Shown: piece after piece, positions 8,248 through 17,272 of the stretch | Layout: every line of letters begins with the position of its first letter | Position numbering within the stretch: position 1 is the stretch's first letter | Assembly (NCBI GenBank): GCA_013298025.1 | Contig: JAAFJE010000004.1 | Span: 178,528-242,527 of the forward strand | Direction of reading: 5' to 3' | Length of the DNA stretch: 64,000 nucleotides | Origin: Cytophagales bacterium | GTDB taxonomy: Bacteria; Bacteroidota; Bacteroidia; Cytophagales; Spirosomataceae | Program-made: the position numbers and the translations under genes | The notes under the pieces: model-generated | Database searches by the model: none | Told to the model about the DNA's origin: nothing | The model's input: only the letters and a program-made list of their open reading frames with translations

Positions 8248-10584
8248 ATGAAGATGAAAACAAATATCCTACTGATGGCTGCGTTATTGACTGGCGTTGT
8301 TGCGCATGGTCAAACGCCTCGTTACCAAACAGTACAAAAAGGCGATATTATTTTGCTTAAAAATCAAGGAGGACAAACCATTGCTTATGCACAATCTTCT
8401 GGCGTAAAACCACTCATTATCAATGGTTGGGCATTCAAAGACCTCAACAAAAACGGAAAGCTCGATGCCTATGAAGATTGGCGTTTACCTTTTGAAAAAA
8501 GAGCCCAACAACTGGCTTCGCTGATGAGCGTAGAGCAAATTGCAGGGCTGATGCTGTACTCTGGACACCAATCTATCCCCGCCCGTCCGATGGGCTATTT
8601 TGCAGGAACATACAACGGAAAACCCTACAAAGAAGGCGAAACAGACCCTACTGAATTGACCGACCAACAAAAGAAGTTTTTGGAAAAAGACAACCTGCGT
8701 CACGTACTTATTACTACCGTGAAAAGTCCGTCTGTGGCGGCTCAATGGAACAATAAATTGCAGGCATTTGTAGAAGGCATTGGTTTGGGTATTCCTGCCA
8801 ACAACAGCAGTGACCCTCGTCATGGTACAGTTGCCAGTGCCGAGTACAACGCAGCGGCTGGGGGGCATATTTCTATGTGGCCCGGCTCATTGGGTTTAGC
8901 GGCTACCTTCGACCCTAAACAAGTGCTTACTTTCGGACAAATTGCTGCCAAAGAATACCGTGCCTTGGGTATTGCCACTGCATTATCGCCACAGGTTGAC
9001 ATTGCTACCGAGCCTCGTTGGAGTCGTGTAAGTGGTACTTTTGGCGAAAATCCTTATTTGTCGGCTGCCATGGCGGAGGCGTATGTCAATGGCTTTCAAA
9101 CTTCGTCGGGTAGCAAAGAACTCGCGCAAGGCTGGGGCTTTGGAAGTGTCAATGCGATGGTAAAACACTGGCCCGGCGGTGGCTCTGGTGAGGCTGGTCG
9201 TGATGCACATTATGCGATTGGTAAATTTGCGGTGTATCCGGGCAAAAACTTTAACCAACACCTCATTCCTTTCATCAATGGAGCATTTAAGTTGTCGGGC
9301 AAAACAGCAAAAGCAGCGGCGGTGATGCCTTATTATACCATTTCATGGAACCAAGATACCAAAAATAAAGAAAACGTAGGCAACAGCTACAACAAGTATC
9401 TGATTACAGATTTGCTTCGTACCAAATACCAATACGATGGGGTTGTTTGTACTGACTGGAGCATTACGCATCCGCATACCGTAATGGATAGTTTCCTTGA
9501 TGGCAAGCCTTGGGGTTTAGAAAAACTTACCGAAAGTGAGGTACATTACAAAGCCTTGATGGCTGGTGTGGACCAGTTTGGAGGCAACAACGCCGCCGAG
9601 CCTATTCTCGAAGCCTACAAAATGGGCATCAAAGAGCATGGCGAGTCGTGGATGCGTCAACGCATGGAAAAATCGGCTGTGCGTTTGCTAAGAAATATTT
9701 TCCGTGTGGGTCTTTTTGAAAACCCTTACTTAGATGTAACCGAAACCGAGGCAATTGTAGGAAATCCTAGCTTTATGAAAGCTGGCTACGAAGCCCAACT
9801 CAAGTCGATTGTTTTGTTGAAAAATAAAGCCAAGGTACTGCCAATAGCCGCACAAAAAACCGTGTATATTCCGAAACGCTACATTGCTGCGGCTCGTAAT
9901 TTTCTGGGTATCGAAACCCCTGAAAGATGGGAATACCCTGTAAACCTCGACATCGCTAAGAAATACTTTAAAGTAACCGACAACCCTGATGAAGCTGATT
10001 TTGCCTTGGTTTGCGTAAACAACCCAAGCAGTGGCATTGGCTACGACAAAGCCGATGTAGCCAAAGGGGGCAATGGCTATTTGCCCATTAGTTTGCAATA
10101 CAACGAATACAAAGCAACCGAGGCACGTGCTACGAGTATCGCAGGGGGCGACCCACTAGAAGCGTCTGCCAATCGTAGCTATAAAGACAAAAGCATCAAA
10201 GTGGCTAACGCAACAGATTTAGGGTTAATTTTAGAAACAAAACAAAAAATGAAGAGTAAACCTGTGATTGTTTCTATTACGATGGATAATCCGATGGTAT
10301 TTGCGGAATTTGAACAACAAGTAGAAGGTATTTTGGTCAATTTTGGGGTACAAAACCAAGCCATTTTTGAAATTATGGCTGGTAAAGTAGAGCCATCGGC
10401 TTTATTGCCTATGCAAATGCCTGCCAATATGAGTACGGTAGAAAAACAAGCCGAGGATGTGCCACAAGATATGCTTTGCCACAAAGATTCGGAAGGACAT
10501 ACCTACGATTTTGGCTTTGGACTCAACTGGAAAGGGGTTATCAAAGATGCCCGAACGAAAGCATTTATCAAGCCTGTCAAATAA
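8248..10584 (+). CDS. glycoside hydrolase family 3 (beta-glucosidase-like), exported
   Basis: Signal peptide; ALSPQVDIATEPRWSR, VKHWPG and VVCTDW nucleophile motif. Confidence 0.92.
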   Translation: MKMKTNILLMAALLTGVVAHGQTPRYQTVQKGDIILLKNQGGQTIAYAQSSGVKPLIINGWAFKDLNKNGKLDAYEDWRLPFEKRAQQLASLMSVEQIAGLMLYSGHQSIPARPMGYFAGTYNGKPYKEGETDPTELTDQQKKFLEKDNLRHVLITTVKSPSVAAQWNNKLQAFVEGIGLGIPANNSSDPRHGTVASAEYNAAAGGHISMWPGSLGLAATFDPKQVLTFGQIAAKEYRALGIATALSPQVDIATEPRWSRVSGTFGENPYLSAAMAEAYVNGFQTSSGSKELAQGWGFGSVNAMVKHWPGGGSGEAGRDAHYAIGKFAVYPGKNFNQHLIPFINGAFKLSGKTAKAAAVMPYYTISWNQDTKNKENVGNSYNKYLITDLLRTKYQYDGVVCTDWSITHPHTVMDSFLDGKPWGLEKLTESEVHYKALMAGVDQFGGNNAAEPILEAYKMGIKEHGESWMRQRMEKSAVRLLRNIFRVGLFENPYLDVTETEAIVGNPSFMKAGYEAQLKSIVLLKNKAKVLPIAAQKTVYIPKRYIAAARNFLGIETPERWEYPVNLDIAKKYFKVTDNPDEADFALVCVNNPSSGIGYDKADVAKGGNGYLPISLQYNEYKATEARATSIAGGDPLEASANRSYKDKSIKVANATDLGLILETKQKMKSKPVIVSITMDNPMVFAEFEQQVEGILVNFGVQNQAIFEIMAGKVEPSALLPMQMPANMSTVEKQAEDVPQDMLCHKDSEGHTYDFGFGLNWKGVIKDARTKAFIKPVK

Positions 10585-10593
10585 AATGATTAC

Positions 10594-10625
10594 AAGGGTG
10601 CGAAGCGATTTGCACCCTTATTTAT
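10594..10625 (+). terminator. intrinsic terminator after GH3
   Basis: AAGGGTGCGAA-GCGA-TTTGCACCCTT followed by ATTTATT. Confidence 0.65.
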
Positions 10626-10700
10626 TGAAAAAGCTACGGTATTGTTGCTTCTATCCAAACTTTATCTTTTAACTTCGTAGTTCATCAAAGCTAAAAACAG

Positions 10701-11693
10701 ATGTTGAAAAAAAGTTTGGCATTGCTTGCACAAGCAGGCATCGACAGTTTTATTTTGAGCCTCCTCGGTGCTATATTGGTGGCTTATGCTGTACCTAGTG
10801 TAGGAGCTGTTACCCTCGACAAGCCTTTGTATGTTATCACAACTTATGGCGTAAGTATTACTTTTTTTCTGTATGGGCTAAAGCTCGATATGGCTCAATT
10901 GAAAGCTGGCCTCAAAAATTGGCAATTGCATATACTTGTACAAGCCAGTACTTTCTTACTTTTCCCGCTTTTGGCTTTGCTTATCAAGCCCTTTTTTGTT
11001 GGCTCGGCCAATCATACCCTGTGGATTGGTATTTTTTATTTGGCGGCGCTGCCCTCTACGGTTTCATCTTCGGTGGTGATGGTTTCGTTGGCAGGAGGCA
11101 ATGTCGTAGCAGCGATTTTTAACGCTACGCTATCAAGTTTAATGGGCATTTTTATCACGCCTCTTTGGATGTCGCTGTTTTTAACTTCTAGTAATGGCGA
11201 ATACGACCTTTCGGGAATTTTATGGAAACTATGTTTGCAGGTCATTCTTCCTGTTATCGTTGGAATGCTCTGCCATCGCTTTGGAGGCGAATGGGCCAAG
11301 AAAAACAAAAATGCCCTGAAGCTCATCGACCAAAGCATTATTTTGAGTATTGTATATCAATCTTTTTCGGAGTCGTTTTACCAACAACTATTCAAGGGGC
11401 TGGCTTTTTCGACCATTGTGGCACTGGCATTGGGCATGATTATGCTGTTTCAGGCAATTTATCAACTCATCAAATGGCTTTGTCGCTTGCTTCATTTCAG
11501 CGAAGCAGACAGCAGTGCCGCTATTTTTTGTGGTTCTAAAAAATCGTTGGTACACGGCACAGTGATGTCGAAAGTATTGTTTTCTCAAGCCTCAGCCATT
11601 GGTATTTACTTGCTTCCTATTATGATTTACCACGCTGGTCAATTGATTGGAGCGAGTTATTTGGCCCGCAAAAGACGAGAAAAGCAAGGGTGA
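10701..11693 (+). CDS. bile acid:sodium symporter (BASS/SBF-like) transporter
   Basis: FFLYGLKL, ALPSTVSSSVVMVS, NATLSSLMGIFITP, FCGSKKSL. Confidence 0.9.
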   Translation: MLKKSLALLAQAGIDSFILSLLGAILVAYAVPSVGAVTLDKPLYVITTYGVSITFFLYGLKLDMAQLKAGLKNWQLHILVQASTFLLFPLLALLIKPFFVGSANHTLWIGIFYLAALPSTVSSSVVMVSLAGGNVVAAIFNATLSSLMGIFITPLWMSLFLTSSNGEYDLSGILWKLCLQVILPVIVGMLCHRFGGEWAKKNKNALKLIDQSIILSIVYQSFSESFYQQLFKGLAFSTIVALALGMIMLFQAIYQLIKWLCRLLHFSEADSSAAIFCGSKKSLVHGTVMSKVLFSQASAIGIYLLPIMIYHAGQLIGASYLARKRREKQG

Positions 11694-11699
11694 GTTAAG

Positions 11700-11820
11700 T
11701 TAATTAGTGAATTGTGATTTAGTGAATGAATGAATTAGTGTCTTGAAAATCAATCAACTAACTCGTGATTCACTAATTCACTCACTCACAATTCACTAAT
11801 TCACCCACTCACAATTTCAC
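11700..11820. repeat. degenerate heptamer repeat cluster (TGAATTG/TTAGTGA and inverse CTCACAA/AATTCAC)
   Basis: Tandem short repeats arranged as an inverted pair; related clusters at 3217-3272, 3424-3456, 22195-22330 and 44778-44882. Confidence 0.75.
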
Positions 11821-11837
11821 ATTGTTACTTAGCTCTG

Positions 11838-13684
11838 TTATAATTTAATGCTGATACGTTGCCCGATAGGTTTGCCATTGCGGTACGAAATGACTTTGAA
11901 ATAAGTGGCATTTTTGGGTACATCTAGGATTTTGCCATTGTACCGGGCCGAAAATTTATCGGGGTAGGTATTGTCGAAGGTATAGTACAAGTCTAAACCG
12001 TTGATTTCTGTTTGCAGTTCTATTTTGCTACTGTTGCCTTCTTTGCTCACTTTAATGATAGGGTCGTAAAGGCTACGGGCATAATTGATTTGTGCTTCGT
12101 CCATGCGAGCAAAGTGTGTTTCTACTTTTTGGACAAAAGTATTCCAATTTTTTGTATCTTTTTTACTCCAAAATACCTCTGCCAAAGCCCAAGTCCTAGG
12201 GTACTCATGTATTCGAGATGGCGGGTAGTTGGTACCGATTCTGTCCACAAATTGCCTTGTCCGCCTAATACCATTCCTTCGGCAACGCCTTCTGGTGTAG
12301 GGTCGAAACTATAGGCTTTTTGCAAACGCAACATATCATAAGTATCGGGTTCGATAGACGGCTCGCCTTGGTACAAATCGAGGTAGGTATGCGTATTGGG
12401 AGTCATGACCACTGGGCGGTTTTGTTTGATTGCCTCCAAGCCGCCTTTGATGCCTCTCCACGACATCACGGTAGCATCGGGGGGCAATCCTCCGTCTAAG
12501 ATTTCACCCCAGCCAATCAATTTTTTACCTTTACTCGTAACAATTTTAGCGACCCTTTTCATAAAATAGCTTTGCAATTCATCCAGATTTTTGAGTCCTT
12601 CTTTTTTCATTAAAGCTTGGCATTCGGCACTTTTTTCCCAATAACCTTTGTAGCATTCGTCGCCCCCCACATGGATGTACGGATGCGGAAACAAAGAGGC
12701 AACTTCTTCTAATACTTTATCCAAAAAATCATATACTTTTTCGTTGGCAGGGCAAAGCGAATTTTCTACTTCTCTATAAAACTTCCAACCACCATTGACC
12801 TGAAACTTATTTCCACCACCGCAAGACAATTCTGGATAAGCTGCCAGAATCGCCAAGCTGTGGCCTGGTACATCTATTTCAGGAAGAATTTTGATAAATT
12901 TCTTTTGGGCATAAGCCACAATTTCTCGAATATCGTCTTGGGTATAAAAACCGCCATACGTGGCTTGTTCGCCTGTTTGGGGCATTTCTCGTTGCCACCA
13001 ATTACCCGTGCGAGGCACACGCCAAGCCCCAACACTGGTGAGTTTAGGATACGATTTGATTTCGATACGCCAGCCTTGGTCGTCGCTCAAATGCCAATGA
13101 AAGGTATTGAACTTGTAGCGTGCCAGTTGGTCGATGAATTTTTTGATGTATTCTTTCGGAAAAAAATGCCTGCTCACATCAAGCATAATGCCTCGCCAAG
13201 CATAACGAGGATAGTCACTGATGTGCCTACAAGGGATTGTCCAAGCAATTTTTTGTTGCTGTTTGTTTTCAATTTGTTTAGGAAATAATTGTAACAAACT
13301 TTGAATGCCGTAAAAAAGCCCGTTGGCTGTATAAGCCTTGATACTGATGCGTGTAGGCGTGATGTCGAGGGTATAACTTTCGGCTTCGGCAATCACTTTG
13401 AAGGTGGTTTGCTCGATTTCGAGGTTGATGTGCTTGCCAATTTTGGGCGTAGTGGAGGGCGTAAATTTCCAGCCTGTAGGTATGGCAAGGCTTTCGGCTA
13501 AAAAATTGGCCAAATCCCAAACGGCTTGTGTATTGGTATGAATATGTATTTTGGTGTCGGGTGTGAGGACAAACGCCCCTGCACTTTTTTGCTGTATAAC
13601 AGGCTCAGGAATGATTTGTTGCCCCCAAGTTTTTCCAACTGTCAAACAAATGTAACCAACGAGCAAGAAAAAAAACCTTTTCAT
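11838..13684 (-). pseudogene. GH20 beta-N-acetylhexosaminidase split by a 1-bp frameshift (or sequencing error)
   Basis: RGIMLDVSRHF, FHWHLSDDQGWR and HVGGDE motifs in ORF 12122-13684. The C-terminal YPRTWALAEVFWS and chitobiase/FN3-like tail lie in another frame (11838-12248). The join is ATG-AG-TAC-CCT at about 12204. Confidence 0.85.
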
Positions 13685-13840
13685 AATACCGAAAGATATG
13701 CGTTTTGTTAGGTAAATATGGGCTAATAACGAGCCGAATCGACCGAATAGTGTAAGGATTTTATACTAAAAAAACTTTCTAGGGTACAATTTTTATCATA
13801 CCCTAAAAAGTCATGAAGTAAAGGATGGTTTATCGAATGG

Positions 13841-14422
13841 CTATTTCAACATTTTACGGATGTATTTTCCTACAATATCGAACTCCAAATTAACGGTATC
13901 GCCCACTTGTAGCGTATGAAAAGTTGTATGCTCGTAGGTATAAGGAATAATCGCTACGCTAAAGGTGTTTTCGCCTGAATTAAATACCGTTAGGCTCGTG
14001 CCATTGATACAAATAGAGCCTTTTTCGACGGTAATATTTTCGGTGCTGGCATCATACGTAAAATCATAGAGCCACGAACCGTCTTGAGGCGTGATAGCCG
14101 TAACAACGCCCGTTTGGTCCACATGGCCCTGCACAATATGCCCATCGAAACGCCCGTTGGCTGGCATACAGCGTTCGAGATTGACTTTAGAGCCAATGAC
14201 CCAATGCCCTACATTGGTTTTTTTGAGGGTTTCGTCAATGGCTGTTACGGCATATTGCTCATTTTCGATGGCAATGATGGTCAAACAAACGCCATTATGA
14301 GCTAAACTTTGGTCGATTTTCAATTCATTGGTAAAAGGACAAGTCAACCAAAAGGTTAAGTTTGTTCCTGCTGCTTCGATGCGTTGTACTGTTCCGATAG
14401 CCTCGATAATTCCTGTAAACAT
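13841..14422 (-). CDS. ribE: riboflavin synthase
   Basis: MFTGIIE N-terminus, VNLERCM, GHIVQGHVD, VNLEFD. Confidence 0.95.
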   Translation of the reverse strand: MFTGIIEAIGTVQRIEAAGTNLTFWLTCPFTNELKIDQSLAHNGVCLTIIAIENEQYAVTAIDETLKKTNVGHWVIGSKVNLERCMPANGRFDGHIVQGHVDQTGVVTAITPQDGSWLYDFTYDASTENITVEKGSICINGTSLTVFNSGENTFSVAIIPYTYEHTTFHTLQVGDTVNLEFDIVGKYIRKMLK

Positions 14423-14465
14423 GGTGGTGGGTTTTTAACTTTAAAAGGATTGTATGCCTACAAAG

Positions 14466-15794
14466 TTACGGCTGTTTTTCTAGTAGCAAAACGGTATCTA
14501 GCTGATTCTTTTGTGCTGGGTCGAGGTCGAACACATAGTAATTGTTGTCTAGTTTTTGGAACTTAATGGCTTTGCCATCGACAAAATACTTCGCAGATTT
14601 GATGCCTACTGGAATTTTGAGCATAAATTTGGCATCGTTGTATTTGAGCAAATGGATAAAAATTTTGTTGTCTTTTTCGGTGACAGCTCCCCACGTCTGC
14701 GGACGCACAAAGCCTCCTTTGGTGCCGTAGATGGTTTCGCCATACACTTTCATAAAATCGCCCATTTGGCTGAGGCGTTCTACAAATTCGGGTTGGATTT
14801 CTCCATTGGGCATTGGGCCTACATTCAATAAAAAGTTTGCCCCAAAGCCAGCCGCTTTTACCAAATAATGTACCAACTCTTGCGTTGATTTGTAGTTGTT
14901 GTCTTTGATATTATAACCCCAGGCGCCATTGATGGTTTCGCAGGTTTCGAGTGGCAACGCTCCAATACTCTGGCCACCAAAACCTGTGGTGTTTTCGCCC
15001 GGTAAATCTTTCTCAAACATCTGAAAATCTTCGCCGGGCAAGGGCAATAAATGGTGGTTGTTGCCAATCAAACATTGAGGCTGTAGCTTATGAATAAGGC
15101 TGTAAATTTCGTCGTATTTCCAATCTATTTTCGATTGCAAATTTTTGTCGTGGTCGTTGTCGAGTTGGTCCCAGTGGCCATCAAACCAAATAGCCGATAC
15201 TTCGCCATAATGGGTGAGTAGCTCGGTCAATTGGTTTTTCATAAATTGTAAGTAACTTGCATAATTCGACTTGCTAGTGCGACCAGTGCCTTTGCCTGTT
15301 TTACCTGTTTCGTAAGGGTAATCATCTCTGTACCAATCGAGTAAAGAATAGTAAAAGCAAATTTTCAAGCCTTGTTTATGACATTCGTCGGCTAGTTCTT
15401 TGACAATATCTCTTTTAAAAGGCGTATTAGCGATGCCCCAATCGGCGTATTTTGTATGAAAATTACTAAAGCCATCGTGGTGACGAGTGATGAGCGTAAT
15501 GTATTTCATCCCTGCATTTTTGGCGATAGAAACCCATGTTTTCGCATCAAAATCGACAGGATTAAACGCTCTTTGGAGGCGTTGATAATCGTGTTTTTTG
15601 ATATTTTTGATTTGCATAACCCATTCGCCATCGCCCAATACACTCGATGCACCCCAATGAATAAACAGCCCAAAGCGGGCTTCTTCAAAGGCTTTGCGAG
15701 CCGCCAAGTTTTCGGGGGTGGGCGTATAATTTTGTGCAATAGATTGCCCCATAAACAAGCCCAACATAATAGTTAGAAGTGTAATTTTTTTCAT
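14466..15794 (-). CDS. alpha-L-fucosidase (GH29)
   Basis: FGLFIHWG, RHHDGF, YYSLLDW, IWFDGHW, NFLLNVGP. Confidence 0.93.
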   Translation of the reverse strand: MKKITLLTIMLGLFMGQSIAQNYTPTPENLAARKAFEEARFGLFIHWGASSVLGDGEWVMQIKNIKKHDYQRLQRAFNPVDFDAKTWVSIAKNAGMKYITLITRHHDGFSNFHTKYADWGIANTPFKRDIVKELADECHKQGLKICFYYSLLDWYRDDYPYETGKTGKGTGRTSKSNYASYLQFMKNQLTELLTHYGEVSAIWFDGHWDQLDNDHDKNLQSKIDWKYDEIYSLIHKLQPQCLIGNNHHLLPLPGEDFQMFEKDLPGENTTGFGGQSIGALPLETCETINGAWGYNIKDNNYKSTQELVHYLVKAAGFGANFLLNVGPMPNGEIQPEFVERLSQMGDFMKVYGETIYGTKGGFVRPQTWGAVTEKDNKIFIHLLKYNDAKFMLKIPVGIKSAKYFVDGKAIKFQKLDNNYYVFDLDPAQKNQLDTVLLLEKQP

Positions 15795-15907
15795 AAAAAT
15801 TGTTGTTAAAATGTCTGAATTTTTAGCCTTATCATTGGCTAAAAATAGAAGAAAATAAAGATACGATTGTACTCATTTGTTGGGTAAAAATAAAAACATT
15901 CATCACC

Positions 15908-16294
15908 ATGCAAGAAAATTTGGTTGCCTCTACAGCCGAATATGCCGTGAAAGGCACTATTTGGCTAGAGCATCTGACCGATACCGAGCGTTTTCTGGGT
16001 AAAGGTCGGATACAACTCCTCACCCTCATTGCCGCTCACGGCTCTATAGCTCAGGCTGCTAAAACGATGAATATGTCGTATAAAAGAGCCTGGGATTTGG
16101 TTACTTCTATGAACAGCCAAGCCACCGAACCCTTGGTAATTACGCAAGTAGGCGGAAAACGTGGCGGTGGCACAATCGTAACGCCAGCAGGGCATCGGGC
16201 TTTGGCGTATTATACTGGCTTGCAAGAACGTTTTGAGGCTTTTTTGGCACAAGAAACACAGCATTTTCGGGCTTATCACGCTCAGTCAAAATAG
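15908..16294 (+). CDS. modE: short ModE-family winged-helix regulator (no molybdate-binding TOBE domains)
   Basis: GKGRIQLL...HGSIAQAAKTMNMSYKRAWDLV..MN...GGKRGGG..VT..G; only 128 aa. Confidence 0.85.
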   Translation: MQENLVASTAEYAVKGTIWLEHLTDTERFLGKGRIQLLTLIAAHGSIAQAAKTMNMSYKRAWDLVTSMNSQATEPLVITQVGGKRGGGTIVTPAGHRALAYYTGLQERFEAFLAQETQHFRAYHAQSK

Positions 16295-16372
16295 GTCATT
16301 GGCAGATTTTTCTAAGCCGTTGGTCTAAATTTTGAGTCTTCACTACAAGCCTTTCTTTAGTTTCTAGGTATT

Positions 16373-16398
16373 TCGTTATATTTGTTGGAAAATAACGA
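16373..16398 (+). promoter_or_regulatory. ModE-like operator overlapping a -7 promoter box
   Basis: TCGTTATATT-TGTTGG-AAAATAACGA fits CGNTATATA-N6-TATATANCG and contains TATATTTG (16377-16384). Confidence 0.7.
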
Positions 16399-16432
16399 AA
16401 TTTATTACTTCTCATACAAAACTTTCTCCTGT

Positions 16433-17164
16433 ATGTCTTTATTGGTCTTACTTTTTTTATTAGCGCTTGTGGCATTTTTGTATGCTTCCGTAGGGCATGG
16501 CGGTGCCAGTGGCTATTTGGCGGTGATGGCATTGCTCGGCGTTGCTCCAGTGTTGATGAAATCGTCGGCATTGGTGATGAATTTGGCAGTGTCGCTTTTT
16601 TCGTTTATTGGGTTTTATCGGGCTGGTTTTTTTCGGTTCAAGCTTTTTTTTCCTTTTGCCCTCAGCAGTATTCCGTGTTCGTTTATAGGAGCGATGTATG
16701 TATTGCCCGATTCTATTTATAAGAAAATATTGGCGGTTTGTATTCTTATTTCTATTGCTCGTTTGTTGTATCAATTTGACAAATCGAATAAAGAAAACAA
16801 CGCCATTCCCTGGCCCATTGGCTTGCTGGTAGGAGCGATTATTGGCATTATTTCGGGCATGATTGGCATTGGCGGAGGCATTTTACTGAGCCCATTGATG
16901 TTGCTGATGCGTTGGGGCAACCTCAAAGAAACGGCGGCGGTTTCGGCACTTTTTATTTTTGTCAATTCGGTTTCGGGTTTGCTGGGAGCTATCGCTAAAG
17001 GCACATTTGTCATGAGCCAAGATTTAGTTTGGTCGGTATTGGCAACCGTTGTAGGTGGGGCTGTAGGAGCGTATTTGGGAAGTCATAAATTCAACGTGCC
17101 AACCCTCAAATACCTGTTGGCCTTGGGCTTGACCATTGCTTGTTTGAAATTGTTTTTTACGTAA
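16433..17164 (+). CDS. TauE/SafE (TSUP) family permease
   Basis: YASVGHGGASGYL and GMIGIGGGILLSP repeats; multi-TM; start MSLLV at 16433. Confidence 0.9.
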   Translation: MSLLVLLFLLALVAFLYASVGHGGASGYLAVMALLGVAPVLMKSSALVMNLAVSLFSFIGFYRAGFFRFKLFFPFALSSIPCSFIGAMYVLPDSIYKKILAVCILISIARLLYQFDKSNKENNAIPWPIGLLVGAIIGIISGMIGIGGGILLSPLMLLMRWGNLKETAAVSALFIFVNSVSGLLGAIAKGTFVMSQDLVWSVLATVVGGAVGAYLGSHKFNVPTLKYLLALGLTIACLKLFFT

Positions 17165-17241
17165 TCATATCAAAATGATACTTGTCTTTCTATAGATGTT
17201 TGATAATGCATGGCAAGTTTTTTAAGCTTTAATTATGCCTA

Positions 17242-17267
17242 TCGTTATATTTTGTAAAACATATTGG
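17242..17267 (+). promoter_or_regulatory. second ModE-like operator
   Basis: TCGTTATATT-TTGTAA-AACATATTGG; left half is identical to the 16373 site; fits TATAT-N7-wACAT. Confidence 0.55.
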
Positions 17268-17272
17268 ATTAT

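Noticed and set aside
11700-11820. Repeat clusters as a CRISPR array
   Set aside because: The units are 7-mers without unique spacers and there are no cas genes; no CRISPR array was found anywhere in the window
14422-14470. Possible FMN riboswitch before riboflavin synthase
   Set aside because: The gap is only 43 bp with no RFN consensus; a plain -7 box (CAAAGTTA, 14461-14468) explains it
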